Shown here: positions 60,592-64,000 of the stretch, one piece after another
Position numbering within the stretch: position 1 is the first letter of the stretch
Layout: each line of letters opens with the position of its first letter
Origin: Terriglobia bacterium
GTDB lineage: Bacteria; Acidobacteriota; Terriglobia; JAJPHL01; JAPKYU01
DNA: 64,000 bases
NCBI GenBank assembly: GCA_965223005.1
Contig: CBDCVK010000010.1
Location: forward strand, 1,504,001 to 1,568,000
Direction of reading: 5' to 3'
Position numbers and translations under genes: made by a program
The notes under the pieces: model-generated
The model's input: the letters and a program-made list of their open reading frames with translations, nothing else
Told to the model about the DNA's origin: nothing
Database searches by the model: none

Positions 60592-61558
60592 CGGCGCTAA
60601 CTGTTCCATGAGACTGTAACGTGGCGCCGCCAGGCGACAGAAAGCGTAACACCTCGAGCGCCGCGTTGGCCGCCCCGTCAATTGGGTCCTGGAGCCGCTT
60701 GAGGCGGTGCATACTTTCCCGGTAGCTGTTGTCTGTAACGATCTTCTCCAGTGCGGCTGCGAGCTTCCGCCGGTTGAGATCCAGCTTCGTCAGCATGATT
60801 CCCGCCCCTTGGCGCGCAACGAGCGAGATGTTTCCGGCCTGCTCACCGTGCATCGGCACCCCGACCAGGGGTGTACCGGAATGGATGGCCGTTTGAACCG
60901 TCCCCGCCCCGCCGTGAGTGATTGCCACATCAGCTAGAGGGTTCACAAGGTGGGCCGGGACATGCGGAACCACCATTACCCGGTCAGAAGTGTTCCGCGC
61001 TCGATCACCCAGGATCGTGGTCGTTACCACCAATGCCTGTAGATCCAGGTCTGAGACAATGTCGATTACGGACTGAAGCACTTCAGGTGAGCCCGACACC
61101 CCCATTGCGCAGTAGCGCTTCGTTCGGGACGTGTTGAAGTGTTGCCGCACCGCCTCGGGAACCTCGCCGGGAAGCTTGGCAAAGCACGGTCCGCCGTAGC
61201 GGTACTTGGGCGGTCGATGGAAAAACTCCGGGCGAAGCGGCGCATAGCACTCGAGCTCCTCTGGGGAGATGCCGAGGATTTCCGGGGCGTCCATCACGAG
61301 CGTGAGGTCCCCTGCCATCATGTCGAAAAGGCTCTTGTACTGGGGCAGCCCGAGTTCCGAGGCCAGTCGGTTAAAGGGCCTGAGCCAAAACCGCGCTCGC
61401 GGCATGAACCAGTTCACGAACCAGCCCATCGGCAAGTGCCGCGTCCAGCCCAGGAGAGAAGGTACGAACACGCCCATCTTGCGGTCGAAGAAGGGGGCGG
61501 TGAACGGGCCCGGTTGCTGGACGATGATGGGAATACCCACAAGCTGGACCGAGAGATA
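60497..61558 (-). pseudogene. 5'-truncated GT-B (GT1/GT28-like) glycosyltransferase
   Basis: ITHGGAGT...GVPMHGEQ; N-terminal part missing at about 61558. Confidence 0.7.
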
Positions 61559-63263
61559 GGATGCTGATTCCTGGGGCGGCGAGCCCTATAGCACGCTGAG
61601 GCTGGACACGGGCCTGGAGGGCGTCTGGGCACTTGGCGTCCACTATCGGAGCCTGGACCACTTTAGTATGCTGCCCTCGTTTGCCAACCCGCTGCTGGAT
61701 CTAGGCTCCGAGCTGAGCCAGAACGGACGGGACATGAAGCGGCGGTTGTTTGACACGCAACTGGATGTGTTCCCCAACCGGCGGGTCTCGCCGTTCTTTA
61801 ACTATTCCCGCACCGCTGGCAGCGGGCCGGGGCTAACGACGATTATCGGGTCGGGTAACGAGTATCTGGTCAACACGCGCTTCGACGACGCCGTGGACCT
61901 GTTCCGCGGCGGGACGCGCCTGAACTTCTCCCGGCTGAACCTGACGCTGGAGGCCGGTGGCAGCAGATTCCGGGATGACCAGCGCGTCTTTTACGACGAC
62001 GGTCCGAACCCGGGTAACCGGCGCACCCCGTTGCTGGGGCAGACGACACGGCTGGACCAGGGCGAGCAGAACTACCGCGCTGAAGGGAGCAGCTTCTTTA
62101 CCCGCACCGCATTCCAGTTGCAGCCCAGCTCCTGGTTAGATCTTGCCGGGCAGTTCTCTTTCACCCAGCCGTCGCTGGATCTCGCCTTTACCGAAGCGCT
62201 GGCCGGCAATTTTGTGCGCGCACCGTCGCTCGTGGCCTTCACCGATGGACGCACCAGCGCGGTGGGTGAGGCGCTGCGGCCGCACCCCTCGGGCAACCTG
62301 ACGGCGGAGGTGCGCCCTGTCTCCCGTTTGCGCATCGTGCAATCCTGGTTCAAGGACCGCTTCCACATCTCTTCCAGCAGGCTCCTCTTGCAGAATCTTA
62401 CTGGCGTAACGGGGCTGCTGGGCACGGCGCCGCCGGCGGCCCTCGAGTTCAGCGACGAAGCCTTTCGCATCTTGAGCAGCGACTACAACCGCTACCAGAC
62501 CGAAGCGCTCGTGGAGGTTCACTCCCGCGTGACGCTGCGCGGCGGCTACCGGTTGGTGTCTGCCGATGCGCTGGCCCCGGCGCCGATTCTCAGCTCTGGC
62601 GGGACACAGCAGGGCCGGCAACGCCATCACGTGGGTTTGGGTGGGGTGCGGGTCCGAGCGCGCCGGGACCTGGACCTGCACCTCGACTTGGAAGCCTCCT
62701 CCGGGGACTCGGTCTACTTCCGCACCGGGCCGCTCGATTACCGGAAGGTGAAGATTCGCGGCCGCTACAGCCCCCGTTCCTGGCTCTCGGTCAACGGCAT
62801 GTTTTCGCTGTTCAAGAACAATAACGACCAGCCGGACATTGATTTGAGCTTCCGCAGCCACGAGACCTCCTTCAGCGTGTTGTTGACTCCCCGTGAAGGC
62901 CGGCGGATCAGCCTGTCTGTGGACTACATGCATTCGGTGTTGGACTCCGACGTGTTGATCCTGCTGCCACCGTTCTTGGACCGCGACCGCTCGCTCTACT
63001 CGCAGGACGCTCACTATGCCGGCGTGTTCTGCAACCTGGCGATGGTGCGAGGGGCGCGGGTGAACTTCGGGGGTACGTTGCTCGTGAGCGACGGCAATCG
63101 CCCAGCGCGCTTCTACCAACCCCAGGCGGAATTGTTCGTCCCCCTGCGGCCCGGCGTTGACTGGACCACCGAGTGGCGTTGGTACGGTTTCAGCCAGGAG
63201 CTGTATCGCTTCGAGAATTTCACCGCTCACCTGTTTTCGTTCGGCTTTCGCCTCACTTTGTAG
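61559..63263 (+). CDS. Large outer-membrane beta-barrel (MtrB/PioB-like suspected), 5'-truncated
   Basis: The frame is open from about 61560 (DADSWGGEPYSTLRL...) with no signal peptide; many amphipathic strands; ends FSFGFRLTL. Confidence 0.7.
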
Positions 63264-63288
63264 GCGGCAAGAGTTCGCGGGGTGTTAG

Positions 63289-64000
63289 ATGGGGAAAGGG
63301 ATCTGGCTAGCAGGCGCCGTGGCGCTGGCCGCTCTGCAGGCCTGGCCAGCCGCGGCCCAAGGTCAGCAGGAAACGACAGTACCAGGAGACGCCCGCCGAG
63401 GCGCGCTGTTGTTCCGGGAACAACGCTGCATCGAGTGTCACTCCTTCCAGACGATTGGCGGAATTGGGGCTCCCGACCTTGCCCGCCGCAGCGCCCGTGA
63501 ATACACCCCTAACCGGCTCGCCGCCGTCATGTGGAATCATGCCCCGGCCATGTGGCGAGCCATGGCCCAAAAGGATATCGCGGTGCCGGCGCTCGGCGAG
63601 CGGGAGGCTGCTGATCTCTACGCCTACTTCTACTCGGTACGCTATTTCGACCGGCCAGGCGACGCGGCTCGCGGCAAGGCCTTGTTTGCCTCCAAACGTT
63701 GCGGCCAGTGCCATGCCTTGCGGGTCGGCCAACCCACCCTCGGGCCCGCGGTCGAGAGTTGGCAGGCTGTTTCCGACCCGGTGGCCTGGGCCCAGCAGAT
63801 GTGGAACCACGCCGAAGTCATGCTACGGAAGATGCGGCAGGCGCGGATCTCCTGGCCGGATCTGACGGCGCAGCAATGGGTGGATTTACTGGTGTACCTA
63901 CAAAACCTGCCCGAGACGCGCGGTGCAAGAGCCAACTTTGTACTTGCCAATCCGCAGGAGGGGCGAGAGATCTTTCAACAGAAAGGCTGCGGGGAGTGTC
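63289..64000 (+). CDS. Exported multi-domain c-type cytochrome (partial, runs off the window)
   Basis: Signal peptide; repeated GDAxRGxxLF...CxxCH...MWNHA units: CIECH, CGQCH and CGEC at the edge. Confidence 0.88.
   Translation, partial: MGKGIWLAGAVALAALQAWPAAAQGQQETTVPGDARRGALLFREQRCIECHSFQTIGGIGAPDLARRSAREYTPNRLAAVMWNHAPAMWRAMAQKDIAVPALGEREAADLYAYFYSVRYFDRPGDAARGKALFASKRCGQCHALRVGQPTLGPAVESWQAVSDPVAWAQQMWNHAEVMLRKMRQARISWPDLTAQQWVDLLVYLQNLPETRGARANFVLANPQEGREIFQQKGCGEC

Overview
GC-rich bacterial chromosome segment, most likely Acidobacteriota (Terriglobia/Bryobacterales-like), judged from the protein families I recognise. (1) 1-15.9 kb, minus strand: an ECF sigma factor, a zinc-finger anti-sigma factor and an exported protein are followed by type II secretion genes (gspE-F-G-H-I-J-K-L-M-C-like-D). 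Next come a four-helix-bundle gene bracketed by complementary heptamer arrays and an acidic, S-layer-like secreted protein with tandem sigma70 promoters and a structured 5' UTR. Both of these last genes are frameshifted, possibly by sequencing error. (2) 16-45.7 kb is mostly housekeeping: LolA-like proteins, glgP, dksA, comF, glycosyltransferases, pepP, phoH-ybeY-corC-era, rpsT, psd-pssA-asd-like-lptE-holA, hemL and serS. (3) tRNA-Asn(GTT) at 45750-45824 is followed by a tyrosine integrase and a decaying accessory island. The island holds a CGNR-like zinc-finger gene, pgmB plus a GH65 phosphorylase broken by tandem duplications, a solo attC-type cassette, universal stress proteins and a YwiC-like protein. 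It also holds a candidate sigma54-driven small RNA, a broken sigma54 two-component system, truncated gene fragments and a beta-barrel/cytochrome c pair that runs off the window end. No rRNA or CRISPR array was seen. Family assignments come from motif recognition by eye; no database searches were run.
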